A stretch of DNA of 48,262 nt from NCBI GenBank assembly GCA_038247275.1, contig JBBRVB010000001.1, positions 1 through 48,262 on the forward strand. The letters run 5' to 3'. The stretch comes from Chroococcales cyanobacterium. Lineage in GTDB: Bacteria > Cyanobacteriota > Cyanobacteriia > Cyanobacteriales > Chamaesiphonaceae. The notes beneath the pieces were generated by a model that saw nothing but the letters and a program-made list of their open reading frames with translations, was not told where the DNA came from and did not search any database. This document shows positions 39,601 through 48,262 of this stretch, one piece after another. A program made the translations under genes and the position numbers. Numbering within the stretch: position 1 is the stretch's first letter; each line of letters starts with the position of its first letter.

Positions 39601-39872
39601 ACCACCTCGCGATCGTTACTGTTGGCGATCGCATAGCCGAGTAAGATTCCATTGATCCCACCTGCCGAACTGCCAGAGATCGTATCGACCACCAGATCGG
39701 CATCTGTCAACGCTTTGACTAATTTATAAATGCCGCGACCGCGCACCGCATGATAAAACTCCTGGCAAACACCATGAGTATAAATCGCTAAGGATACGCC
39801 GCCATAGACTACCAAACCCAATTGTATTTCATGTAAAAATTTGGGTCGATAATAGCTACGCTGATTAGACAT
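36687..39872 (-). CDS. Large patatin-like phospholipase (DUF3376-type) with C-terminal TM segment
   Basis: YGGVSLAIY, GSSAG nucleophile elbow, DGGLLDN, GGFFKKSWRSNDLLWGRLDG. Confidence 0.85.
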   Translation of the reverse strand: MSNQRSYYRPKFLHEIQLGLVVYGGVSLAIYTHGVCQEFYHAVRGRGIYKLVKALTDADLVVDTISGSSAGGINGILLGYAIANSNDREVVDFNAFAKIWRNSGDLLKLLQKPNLFKSPAGGVGVNGESFYQRGLLATLVKGIEHKLPRSPQEWFSSTKELDLAIAGTDYLGKIDRTLDENVLNLKAKNHRTMFKLKHRQGRKEPFNPYYNDPELPRSPRDTFQALVKLCHITAGMPIIFPLVEVDIQDRRNLVDRQLVTWGKLSKYYSPDLPLDRGDKLYFLDGGLLDNTPLTCLMKEAYYRLPSRLGQRKLFYVDPNPAHLNERLQLGKKQQSRTGKILQAAALSIPIHQSITNDLRTLHEHNHKVRRYQTSIDRAELDVDSQQLLESGDRTQSQIYLRGRLFDFRDRNLPLLLHAEQGSQNTQYSVVLDKIDRILISKFTNHQDRHHHYKLLERFESQIVDLDVEYNLRQHFYLIEQIGDLLEIDLPDMTRKQLQCLSGQLSCNIKLLEVIRASIELLLSDRSVSNYFYYLINQEGNDRRLRALVYELIFRLHRFLLNGTKFQTFIPDDVSGLNLETITVYFWLDLPELAAKSGHARWLSQTQISSIFAQLKQRIAELGQSTNLHPLIWADRELEYDNDRNQSFPSVLRQLSLAAEIQIEKFGDRYSAQLLKQWHTFEFIDRELYPFEYLTNLHEKSIINPICISPDSAQLGIGNGKNTQDKLGSDKLYNIGGFFKKSWRSNDLLWGRLDGLNRVLEGIITPKSVTAFANFVQRESTRTNCTQAQYLDWLITESLPHLSGTERQQIGRHLETLAQPGLQIDRIELQKILADLVLAGQHDILTSDVHLAIEGMDEQPGWWRLPGDGRSINENWILNKIEIDAANSSLPTSNPNTIVRIIHQSLTNLTTQQQYFFRRQYRIGVDKLWENMPLVTLISLCTKIILFLRTLLVKLFRISASTQTIRHPLYHWLDGSLQSSYWWLQGGSIKLGAVHRRPRIILLQLLGVMTAIGGIVLALLLSPLWLLLSVPSALVCWFLQTIRLKRLAGGRTNPFLPQSRES

Positions 39873-40358
39873 GATTGCAGGTTACAAGCAATAACTGGGC
39901 ACGAAGTTTGGAGTCGAGAGTGTGGTGTGGTTGAGCCAATCTTACAGGTTCTAATCTCAAATCGCCCTGCAGCGACCTAACGGACTCTTAGGGCGATTGC
40001 CTCTCATTTTAACAGGCTCGGTCGCGATCTGTAGTAGATCGTGCTAGTCTTCATCCCGATCGAGTCGAGAATCGATCTGTTACTCAATAGACTACACTAC
40101 ATCAATGACAAAGATCGAGCTACTCACATTTTGGATCGAGACATAGTGGATCGTGGATAGTGGATCGCGAAAAGGTGCTGAGGGTATATTTTCAGGCGAT
40201 TTTTGTCAGTTGTTGTGTACGGTCTTGTCTCACTGTCTTATTTTGTCTCGCTACCATGATTGTCGTCTCAGGTTACCCCGATCGCCCACACTAAATGCTC
40301 ATATTGTGGCAAGCTGAAGGGTAGACAATCACAGCCACATCTCAACCATTGTTTGTAT

Positions 40359-41582
40359 ATGCAGACCCTGCCAGCATCCACTCAGTCCGCTTATAGTAAT
40401 TTAGGTACAGACACCACCATTCATCGCCGCAAGACCCGTTCTGTAGCCGTTGGCAGCATCAATGTTGGCAGCGACCATCCCGTCGCCGTCCAGTCGATGA
40501 TCAATGAAGATACCCTCGATATCGATGGTGCCGTTGCTGGTATTCGCCGGTTGCACGAAATCGGCTGTGAAATCGTCCGCGTCACTGTCCCCAGCATGGC
40601 ACACGCTAGGGCAGTGGCTCAAATCAAACAACAACTAATCGAGACATATCAAATCGTTCCCATAGTTGCCGATGTCCACCACAACGGGATGAAAATCGCC
40701 CTAGAGGTCGCCAAACACGTCGATAAAGTGCGAATCAATCCCGGATTATATGTATTTGAAAAAGCCAAACCCGATCGGACCGAATATACGCCTGCGGAAT
40801 TTGCGGAAATCGGCGACCACATTCGCGACATGCTCGAACCGCTGGTCATCTCGCTTAGAGACCAAAACAAAGCGATGCGAATCGGTGTCAATCACGGCTC
40901 TCTCGCCGAACGGATGCTATTTACCTACGGCGATACTCCCGAAGGGATGGTCGAGTCGGCTCTAGAATGTATCCGTATTTGTCAATCTTTTGATTTTCAT
41001 AATCTGGTGGTCTCGATGAAAGCTTCCCGCGTCCCAGTGATGCTAGCTGCCTATCGACTACTCGCACAACGGATGGACGCAGCCGGGATGGATTACCCGA
41101 TTCATTTGGGAGTCACCGAGGCTGGTGATGGTGAGTACGGACGGATCAAGTCCACCGCTGGGATTGGGACACTCCTAGCTGAAGGGATCGGCGACACGAT
41201 CCGAGTCTCCCTCACAGAAGCCCCAGAGAAGGAAATTCCCGTTTGCTATAGCATTCTCCAAGCATTGGGATTCCGCAAGACGATGGTCGAGTACGTCGCT
41301 TGCCCCTCCTGCGGTCGGACACTATTCAATCTCGAAGAAGTCCTCCACCAAGTCCGCGCAGCCACCAGTCACCTGACGGGTTTAGATATTGCGGTCATGG
41401 GTTGCATCGTCAATGGTCCCGGTGAGATGGCGGATGCTGACTATGGTTACGTCGGCAAAACACCTGGCTATATCTCCCTCTATCGCGGTCGCGATGAGAT
41501 CGAGCGAGTACCCGAAGCCGAAGGAGTAGCCAAATTAATTGCCCTGATTAAGGCTGACGGTCGTTGGGTAGAGCCAGAATAG
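40359..41582 (+). CDS. ispG: (E)-4-hydroxy-3-methylbut-2-enyl-diphosphate synthase
   Basis: [48 protein letters not shown]. Start set at ATG 40359 (MQTL). Confidence 0.97.
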   Translation: MQTLPASTQSAYSNLGTDTTIHRRKTRSVAVGSINVGSDHPVAVQSMINEDTLDIDGAVAGIRRLHEIGCEIVRVTVPSMAHARAVAQIKQQLIETYQIVPIVADVHHNGMKIALEVAKHVDKVRINPGLYVFEKAKPDRTEYTPAEFAEIGDHIRDMLEPLVISLRDQNKAMRIGVNHGSLAERMLFTYGDTPEGMVESALECIRICQSFDFHNLVVSMKASRVPVMLAAYRLLAQRMDAAGMDYPIHLGVTEAGDGEYGRIKSTAGIGTLLAEGIGDTIRVSLTEAPEKEIPVCYSILQALGFRKTMVEYVACPSCGRTLFNLEEVLHQVRAATSHLTGLDIAVMGCIVNGPGEMADADYGYVGKTPGYISLYRGRDEIERVPEAEGVAKLIALIKADGRWVEPE

Positions 41583-41905
41583 TTGAATTTGATGGGTTTG
41601 GGTTGGCTAGACTTCGTTTTCGATGAGCTTACCCCCAACCCTCCTCGATTGGCTGGGGTGGGGTAAAGATCTCCGCAGCAGCGACCTGAATAGACTCGTC
41701 GGTAAGCGGTTGACGAAGGCTGGGAATCAAGAACAATACCGCAATGTCAATGTCAGAGGTACCGATCGGCTCCAGATTCTGAATATGCTAAGATTTAATC
41801 AATGTGAACCGAGTCACCACACCTGCCCCGTCTAACAATTATGCTAAATTAAGCAGAACCTCATCACATCAATTTTTCCTTTCTTGCTAATTCCAGACGT
41901 AAATC

Positions 41906-43192
41906 ATGAAGATCGAAAAACACGGGTTGGTTATTGGTGCTACCGCATTGGTGCTCACAGCAGTAGCAGTTACTGGTGCGGGGCTGCATATCCCTAAAGG
42001 TGTTGCCTTTTTCAAGAATAGTCCGAAGGAATTAATCGATGAAGTGTGGCAGGTCATCGATAAACAGTATGTTGATGCTACCTTCAATCAAAAAGACTGG
42101 CGGGCGATTCGCAAGCAGTACCTCAATAAAAATTATAAGAATAAGGAAGAGGTTTACAAGTCCATCCGAGCAATGCTCAAGAACCTCAACGATCCTTACA
42201 CCCGCTTCATGGACCCCAAAGAATTTCGGAATCTTCAGGTCGAAACTTCCGGTCAATTGATTGGGGTCGGGATTCAACTAAGTCAAAATGAAAAAACCAA
42301 GAAACTTGAAGTAATTGCCCCGATCGAAGATACTTCAGCGTCCAAAGCCGGGATTCTCTCTAAAGATATTATCACCAAAATCGACGGTAAGAGTACCGCC
42401 GGAATGGATGTCAATCAAGCCGTGCAACTAATTCGCGGGAAAGCAGGCACCACGGTCAAACTCACCATTCAACGCGACAATCGTCAAGTTCTCGAATTCA
42501 ATTTGCTCCGCCAACAAATCGAAATTCACCCCGTCGAAGCCAAGTATCGCCCCAAAGAACTAGGTGGGATTGGCTATATTCGCCTCAAACAGTTTAGTGC
42601 TAATGCCGCCTCCGAGATGGCCACAGCGGTTCAAAAACTTGAAAGCCAAGGTGCAACAGGCTATGTCCTCGACTTGCGATCGAATCCTGGGGGCTTGCTC
42701 TACGGTGCGATCGATATCGCGCGGATGTGGCTCGATGATGGCAAAATTGTCTCGACAGTCAACCGTCAAGGTACTGGTGATGTAAGTTCCGCCAATGGCA
42801 CGGCGATTAGCAAAAAACCCCTAGTCATCCTCGTCGATGGTGGCTCCGCTAGCGCGAGCGAAATTCTGGCTGGTGCCCTCCAAGACAACAAACGCGCTCA
42901 ACTAATTGGCGCGAAAACGTTTGGGAAAGGTCTGGTACAATCAGTCCGCCCCCTCTCAGGAGGCGCGGGGATGGCTGTGACGATCGCTAAATACTTTACC
43001 CCCAGCGGTAAGGATATCAACCACGCTGGCATCAAACCAGATGTGGAAGTTAAGTTATCCAAGACTCAAATCCAAGCCTTGGTAAAAGATCGGACTAAAG
43101 TGGCAACTTCCGCCGATCCGCAGTACGCCAAAGCAATTCAAATGCTACAAGTCGCGATCGCTCAGAGCGGCGGTTCTGCCCAAAAAAAGTAA
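41906..43192 (+). CDS. Carboxyl-terminal processing protease (S41, PDZ; CtpA/B/C family)
   Basis: LNDPYTRF, PDZ, LDLRSNPGGLL, SASASEI, TFGKGLVQ. Paralog identity not resolved. Confidence 0.93.
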   Translation: MKIEKHGLVIGATALVLTAVAVTGAGLHIPKGVAFFKNSPKELIDEVWQVIDKQYVDATFNQKDWRAIRKQYLNKNYKNKEEVYKSIRAMLKNLNDPYTRFMDPKEFRNLQVETSGQLIGVGIQLSQNEKTKKLEVIAPIEDTSASKAGILSKDIITKIDGKSTAGMDVNQAVQLIRGKAGTTVKLTIQRDNRQVLEFNLLRQQIEIHPVEAKYRPKELGGIGYIRLKQFSANAASEMATAVQKLESQGATGYVLDLRSNPGGLLYGAIDIARMWLDDGKIVSTVNRQGTGDVSSANGTAISKKPLVILVDGGSASASEILAGALQDNKRAQLIGAKTFGKGLVQSVRPLSGGAGMAVTIAKYFTPSGKDINHAGIKPDVEVKLSKTQIQALVKDRTKVATSADPQYAKAIQMLQVAIAQSGGSAQKK

Positions 43193-43344
43193 CTGACGGT
43201 TTACCGATGGAGATCGCTGATGCCTCGTGTAAGCCAGCCACTAATCCCAATTGTGGTTTAGAAAAGTCAGCCACCCAACTTACCAATCGTTATTTGTCCA
43301 AAGCACTGTATTATCTTTGGTTTACGAATAAGACTGATTAACTC

Positions 43345-43378
43345 AAACATCTCCAGTCGCTAAAAGCTGGGGATGTTT
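43345..43378. terminator. Probable bidirectional terminator
   Basis: AAACATCTCCAG...CTGGGGATGTTT stem between convergent genes. Confidence 0.6.
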
Positions 43379-43384
43379 CGTTTG

Positions 43385-43696
43385 TTAGTAACAGGTGATA
43401 AACTCCCGCAATACATATCCCATAATTTTGTATTTACCCTGATTCTTAATTGCCACTAACGCCCACGGTTTGCCCTCATCATCGGTAGAGATTGACTGGG
43501 CATATACAGTCCGACCGTTTTTGAGCCGATTCACAACTTTGCCATTAGGCTGCAATCTCGCGTTGAGTGGCGTACCGGTAGGATCGGTGACACGACAAGT
43601 TTTGCCAGAGTTACCGCCTTGAGCGTGTGCGGGTAAACTGGCAGGATAGATACTGACAAACAGAGCTAAGATCGTTACACAGGATAGCTTTGGCAT
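43385..43696 (-). CDS. Secreted SH3b-like domain protein
   Basis: Signal peptide (AHA); C.VTDPTGTPLNAR..PNG..V..L.NG..V...W...GYV...I.C. Confidence 0.75.
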   Translation of the reverse strand: MPKLSCVTILALFVSIYPASLPAHAQGGNSGKTCRVTDPTGTPLNARLQPNGKVVNRLKNGRTVYAQSISTDDEGKPWALVAIKNQGKYKIMGYVLREFITCY

Positions 43697-43777
43697 AGTT
43701 ACTCCAGATTTTTCCGCTGTTATAGCTAATTGCTGCTAATAATAGATACAACAATGTTAGTGGAGTTAATTCCGCAT

Positions 43778-44440
43778 TCAAGATCGAACCTCAGTAGTCG
43801 CTGCTAATTTTTGACCGAGTTTTGGTTCTGTGCCAGCAATAATCCGGTGAATATTGGCACTATGTCGCCAGATGACATAGACACCACCCACGATCGCAAA
43901 TACAACTGAAGGTAAGGGTCGGTTGAATAGTAACATCCACAGCGTCACCGAAATTGCCCCAGCGATCGAACTAATCGAGACAATCCGACTAATCGCGATC
44001 GAAATCCCAAATACCACCATCGTCGCTAAACCGACTTGCCACGACATTGCCAGTAATACGCCGACACCGGTTGCCACAGATTTACCACCACCAAAATTTA
44101 ACCAGATCGATTTACTATGTCCTAAAATCGCTCCAGTTGCGGCTAATGGCACTAAATAAGCTTGCCACTCGATCGGTAGTGTTGGCAACAGATTAAATCC
44201 AAAGATCGTATTGACAATTGCGACAGCCAATGCACCTTTAACGGCATCAATGAGCAACACGATCGATCCAGGCACTTTGCCCAATGTTCGCAACACATTC
44301 GTCGCACCTGTCGAACCCGAACCATGTTCGCGAATATCGATACCTTTTAACAATTTTCCAGCTAAATATCCCGTCGGCAATGAACCCAAAACATAGGCAA
44401 TGATAAAAATCCCGATCGCGACAATAATATTATTTAGCAT
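43778..44440 (-). CDS. plsY: Glycerol-3-phosphate acyltransferase
   Basis: YVLGSLP, DIREHGSGSTGATNVLR, GGKSVATG, RHSANI.R...GTE. Confidence 0.96.
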   Translation of the reverse strand: MLNNIIVAIGIFIIAYVLGSLPTGYLAGKLLKGIDIREHGSGSTGATNVLRTLGKVPGSIVLLIDAVKGALAVAIVNTIFGFNLLPTLPIEWQAYLVPLAATGAILGHSKSIWLNFGGGKSVATGVGVLLAMSWQVGLATMVVFGISIAISRIVSISSIAGAISVTLWMLLFNRPLPSVVFAIVGGVYVIWRHSANIHRIIAGTEPKLGQKLAATTEVRS

Positions 44441-44602
44441 TCAGATCTAAACTGAGGTTGGAGAAGAGAAACATAGGGTAATTGGCTAGATGCAAATATT
44501 TGTTAGATAGAAATTGCCCAAATTAGATTTGGTCGGCACTGTCCACCCTCAAAGATATTTTATATTTAATTACTGGAAAAGTTATTCTTTTGTCATTATC
44601 CA

Positions 44603-44655
44603 CTGTCTTGAAAAGGTGCTCTACTTGGGGAGACCCCAAGACCGCACTTTTCGCT
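44603..44655 (+). repeat. Hairpin mini-element copy D (uninterrupted, 53 nt)
   Basis: CTGTCTTGAAAAGGTGCTCTA-CTTGGGG-AGA-CCCCAAG-ACCGCACTTTTCGCT. Confidence 0.85.
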
Positions 44656-44693
44656 ACCCATTACCCATTACCCATTACCCATTACCCATTACC
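44655..44693. repeat. Heptamer repeat (TACCCAT)5, overlapping the DUF3086 stop codon
   Basis: The TAA at 44689-44691 (minus strand) is part of the array. Confidence 0.9.
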
Positions 44694-46107
44694 GATACTC
44701 CCGATCATCTAGCTGTTGATTCGGATCGGGCGCAAACGCCAGCCAGAGTGGGTACTGGAGAATCGAAAGACTAATTTGACCTTCGGAATTATCGATGATA
44801 ATCAGGGGCATTTCTTTATTGGCGACGATCCGATCGACTTTTTGGATTAGAGCTTCGGGATCTTCAAACAAAATAATCCCCCCATTGCTACCAAAATCGG
44901 TCTTGGAGAGTCCCAAACAGTCCTGAAACCCCCGTCTCCAATCGCCCAGGCGTTCGGGGAGGTTGGCAAGGACGAGGGTGCGGAGATAGTCACCGTATAG
45001 CTCTCTCAGGACAGATACCGCCGCTGCCGCAACGAGGATATTTTGCAAGCGGCTCCCCATCGTGCGGACGGCACCCCGTCCATCTTTGCTCAAAAACCAG
45101 TCGGACACCTTATCCGCATGAACGGCCTCCAAGGTACGGCGCAGTTGCCAAGTAGGTGCATAATAATCTGGGGCATTGCGATAACGATCGATCGATGCCC
45201 GGACTTTATTGGCGGTCGTTTTGAAAGCTGGCTCGGCAAATTGGGGGGTTTGGTTGCGGGATTCTCGACTGGGTGGGGATTGAGTCGGTGTTCGATCTCT
45301 GGGGGTATTACTGCTGCTTGCCGTGCGCTCTAGCGGTGCCTGAAGGCGGATTTGAGCGGGGGGTGGTTGGGGAAATTCGATTTCTTCAGCAATGACGACG
45401 AGATCTTGGAGACTACCGACGAGGTAGTCTTTAAATCCTTGGAGGCGGATGGCGACATCTTGAGAGCCACCAGCAAAACTTTTGGCGATCTCTTTTTCGA
45501 TGCGATCTCGTCGGCGTTCGAGTTGTTCGACAGAGATTTGCAGTTTTTGACGACGTTGTTCCAGCTCGGAAATCGAAGTTTGGATAACTTGTCCAAAACT
45601 TGCCTGAGTCTCGACGATTTGCTGTTGGAGAGTGGCTTGAGTAGCTTGCAGTTTGGCGATTTCTGCTTTGATTTGGGCTTCGGCGCGGATGAGTGGTACG
45701 GCACTATTCTCGACTGGCTCAGTTGGAATTGTGGTTGCCAAACTCGGTGATGCGGCAACGACTGGCTCTGCTGATGCCACTGGCTTGAGGCTGGGTGCTG
45801 GTTCTAAATCTCGATCGATTTCATCGAGCAGCAAATGCCAATTATCTTCCGCTTCAGGGATCTCGGTGGTAGCTCCCGTTGGTTGCGGTAGATCTACTGG
45901 CGGCTCGACTGGAATGGTAATCGGTGGCTGCGGTTGGGCAGATGGTGATGATGTGGTGCGATCGTCGGGGACTTCGCCACTAGCCCAAATGTCCCCGAGT
46001 GGCTCCGGTACTGACGAGATCTCTTCTACCACTCGGACATCGATAATTTCTGGTTGTAGGGGAGATTGGAGATCGAGTCTTTGCTTGGCAGTTCCGTCGG
46101 AATTCAT
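44689..46107 (-). CDS. DUF3086 domain protein
   Basis: Coiled coil, SQDVAIRLQGFKDYLVGSLQDL, PDYYAPTWQLRRT, ERLGDWRRG.QDCLG. Start set at ATG 46107 (MNSD). Confidence 0.85.
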   Translation of the reverse strand: MNSDGTAKQRLDLQSPLQPEIIDVRVVEEISSVPEPLGDIWASGEVPDDRTTSSPSAQPQPPITIPVEPPVDLPQPTGATTEIPEAEDNWHLLLDEIDRDLEPAPSLKPVASAEPVVAASPSLATTIPTEPVENSAVPLIRAEAQIKAEIAKLQATQATLQQQIVETQASFGQVIQTSISELEQRRQKLQISVEQLERRRDRIEKEIAKSFAGGSQDVAIRLQGFKDYLVGSLQDLVVIAEEIEFPQPPPAQIRLQAPLERTASSSNTPRDRTPTQSPPSRESRNQTPQFAEPAFKTTANKVRASIDRYRNAPDYYAPTWQLRRTLEAVHADKVSDWFLSKDGRGAVRTMGSRLQNILVAAAAVSVLRELYGDYLRTLVLANLPERLGDWRRGFQDCLGLSKTDFGSNGGIILFEDPEALIQKVDRIVANKEMPLIIIDNSEGQISLSILQYPLWLAFAPDPNQQLDDREYR

Positions 46108-46270
46108 AGATTTTGGCGTGGCGAGCACAGAGATAGATTTGGCTATGATATCGGCGGTGTAGACTTCAAATCGAAAACTACAAGTCGATCGCTCACCACC
46201 CATTATATCCTACGCCAACGCCCTGCCAGCAATTGCGATCGGAATTAATAACTATGAATTATTAATTAAT

Positions 46271-46648
46271 TTAACTCGCTTGTAATTTAATTAGGGTCTT
46301 AGTTCCTGCCGCATCGCTAATTGATAATGCCAGCATTTCCCCACTTTCACTCTGTCCAGTTAAAACTTCCTGGGGAGAATCTATAGTATGAGCGTAAGTT
46401 ACCTCGTCACGCCCGATTTCAATTACTAAATCATCGCCTTTATTGGGTCGGTCATACACAATTGCCATTAAGGGCGCATCTTTAATTAATTCTTCATCCC
46501 CGACTTCTGCACTGATGATTTCAATCGAGATGTGTCTACCACGATTACCATCTGAAAACTGGTCAAAAAATTCGCCCCAGCGTTGGCGAAGCCTCTCCCC
46601 CGGAGAATCGCTCGGTACCGATTTATTAATTTCAATTTTATTATTCAT
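46271..46648 (-). CDS. DUF5335-like protein carrying an 8-aa repeat-derived insertion
   Basis: WGEFFDQFSDGNRGR.ISIEII..EVGD...PLMAIVYD; AGGAG RBS. Confidence 0.78.
   Translation of the reverse strand: MNNKIEINKSVPSDSPGERLRQRWGEFFDQFSDGNRGRHISIEIISAEVGDEELIKDAPLMAIVYDRPNKGDDLVIEIGRDEVTYAHTIDSPQEVLTGQSESGEMLALSISDAAGTKTLIKLQAS
46583..46606 (+). mobile_element. 24-nt short dispersed repeat (SDR5-like) inserted in HIP1
   Basis: GCG|TTGGCGAAGCCTCTCCCCCGGAGA|ATCGC; removing it restores GCGATCGC and keeps the frame. Confidence 0.85.
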
Positions 46649-46668
46649 TATGACTCCTGGTGAGATAT

Positions 46669-47454
46669 TTATGATGTTTTACTAAACACTTTAACTTCGG
46701 TGGCTATCAGCAGTAGCAACGCGATCGCCGCTACGATCCCAGTTACCGCAATCGACGGCGTACCGATCTGCCGAATGGTAATTCCGAGCAACGCCCACAC
46801 GATCGTTAGTGTGTAAGCTGCATCGTGGCGTTTGATGTATATATAAGATGCGATCGCCGCACTCACAATCATCATCAGTACCGTCCAAACTGTCGCCGGA
46901 ATTCCCCACCCATTCCACTCGCCAACATAGAGCGTGCTGGCAACATTTACCACCGTGGCGACAGTAATCCAGCCCAAGTAAATACTGATGGGGACATGCA
47001 AAAACCATCGCTCTTGTTTGGAGACGTTCTGGATACCGATGCCGAGACATTGATACAATGCAATCAGCGGCAACAAAATTCCCAGCATCGCCACGATCGA
47101 CAATGGAAACAGTCGTGCTAGAAACAGATAAATCCAGGCGCATTGAGCGATACACGCGATCGTCAGCAGATATCCACCCCGCACCAAGCGTGGATTATGA
47201 CGCTCGGTAGCTTGAAACTGATACAGCCCAAATGCCAATAGTCCCAAGTACACTACCCCCCAAATCGCAAACGCATAATTAGCTGGTGTAACCTGCACGG
47301 GTGCAAGCAATGTATTTGATAGTTCGCCAACGTTGGTACCATTGGGTGGGAAAATATTGGAAATTGTATTGACAACGATGCTGGCAATAATCGCAACCAC
47401 AGTTACTAATTGTCGGGTTAGTTCTGGGTCGGAATTTTTATTAGATAGTTTCAT
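46669..47454 (-). CDS. Tryptophan-rich sensory (TspO/MBR-like) membrane protein
   Basis: TPANYAFAIWGVVY, PISIYLGWITVATVVN, multiple TM helices. Confidence 0.8.
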   Translation of the reverse strand: MKLSNKNSDPELTRQLVTVVAIIASIVVNTISNIFPPNGTNVGELSNTLLAPVQVTPANYAFAIWGVVYLGLLAFGLYQFQATERHNPRLVRGGYLLTIACIAQCAWIYLFLARLFPLSIVAMLGILLPLIALYQCLGIGIQNVSKQERWFLHVPISIYLGWITVATVVNVASTLYVGEWNGWGIPATVWTVLMMIVSAAIASYIYIKRHDAAYTLTIVWALLGITIRQIGTPSIAVTGIVAAIALLLLIATEVKVFSKTS

Positions 47455-48262
47455 GGGATACTTATGACAAGATCGCTCGATCTGGTGATTTAATCTAGAT
47501 GGCTACCACTTAATCTGCACATTTTCATCGATAAAGTCACTTATTCTCAATTTACTCGATTAGTTCTGACAACGGCTTTGATTTTTAAACATTTCCAGCT
47601 CAAAGTTAATAACTAATTTTGCAAATCACTATGATATTAATTAATAATTAGATATAACCCTAACATCTAGACTGACACAAATATTGTCATTTCCAAATCA
47701 ATCGATCGGTAGATCTTTAGCTCCCATTCCATGATGATGTAATCGTTTATCACGATAAATCCGACGGCTCGATCCAGCTTTTTGGTCGAGATTTGGGTGA
47801 TTTTTCGGAGATCTCTGCCTTTTGATAGAGGTCAAAAGTCAAAACTTATCTAAAACTAAGTAGGACACCTGCTGGCAAATTGCACAGACTATAGGTCGTC
47901 AGGTAAGTTATGGCGATCGAGTTTGAACATTAGATTGCAACTTGTACTACCGATCGATATCTACTCTAGAACCAAAGATGTCGATCGGGATCGAGATCTT
48001 ACCCAACATCTAACTAACCTGTCGATCGACAGCTAAAATATGACATGGTTAAATCATCATCTAACCGATCGAGTGCTAACTTCTCGAAAGATACTTTGGA
48101 TACGTACTATTAAGATAAGTACATTTATTCTTGACAAATAGATGGCTTTAGTTTTTCAAGTTTCAATCAAGACTTTGGGAATTTAAAGATTGTCAAATTG
48201 ACTTGACAAATATTCTGTTCGATCGAGCCGTTCCAGTCTGGCTCAAACCTCACAAAATTAAA

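Noticed and set aside
41623-41835. 70-aa ORF between ispG and the Ctp protease
   Set aside because: No motif or RBS; it overlaps an imperfect hairpin and the likely promoter region.
904-47155. Many small ORFs antisense to or overlapping recognised genes (e.g. 13524-13841, 45653-46162, 46691-47155)
   Set aside because: Shadow frames of well-conserved genes, with no independent support.

Overview
A core-chromosome segment from a cyanobacterium. Evidence: nblS/hik33, psbY, ndhO, a Rubisco-activase-like AAA+ protein, dense CGATCG/HIP1 sites and heptamer tandem repeats. A Chamaesiphon-like source is only a guess. It holds about 45 mostly housekeeping genes (pheT, guaA, cbiD, modAB, murD, hup, cobD, PBP1A, tyrS, comF, cofG, pyrH, frr, ispG, a Ctp protease, plsY and others), including psbY, which the ORF track missed. 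I found no rRNA, tRNA, CRISPR array, transposase or prophage. The most unusual signal is a set of tiny non-autonomous repeat elements. (1) A ~50-nt hairpin family with fixed TCTTGA...TCGCT ends and co-varying stems, which nests inside itself. (2) 22-24-nt inserts that split HIP1 sites, one in frame inside a gene. (3) Two MITE-like elements. (4) Heptamer arrays with a consistent polarity relative to neighbouring genes. Protein-level oddities are a site-2 protease lacking its HExxH motif, an activase-like protein without the small-subunit-like domain, a repeat-derived insertion in CbiD, and a GNAT plus small-protein pair downstream of guaA. All calls are by eye, with no database searches.
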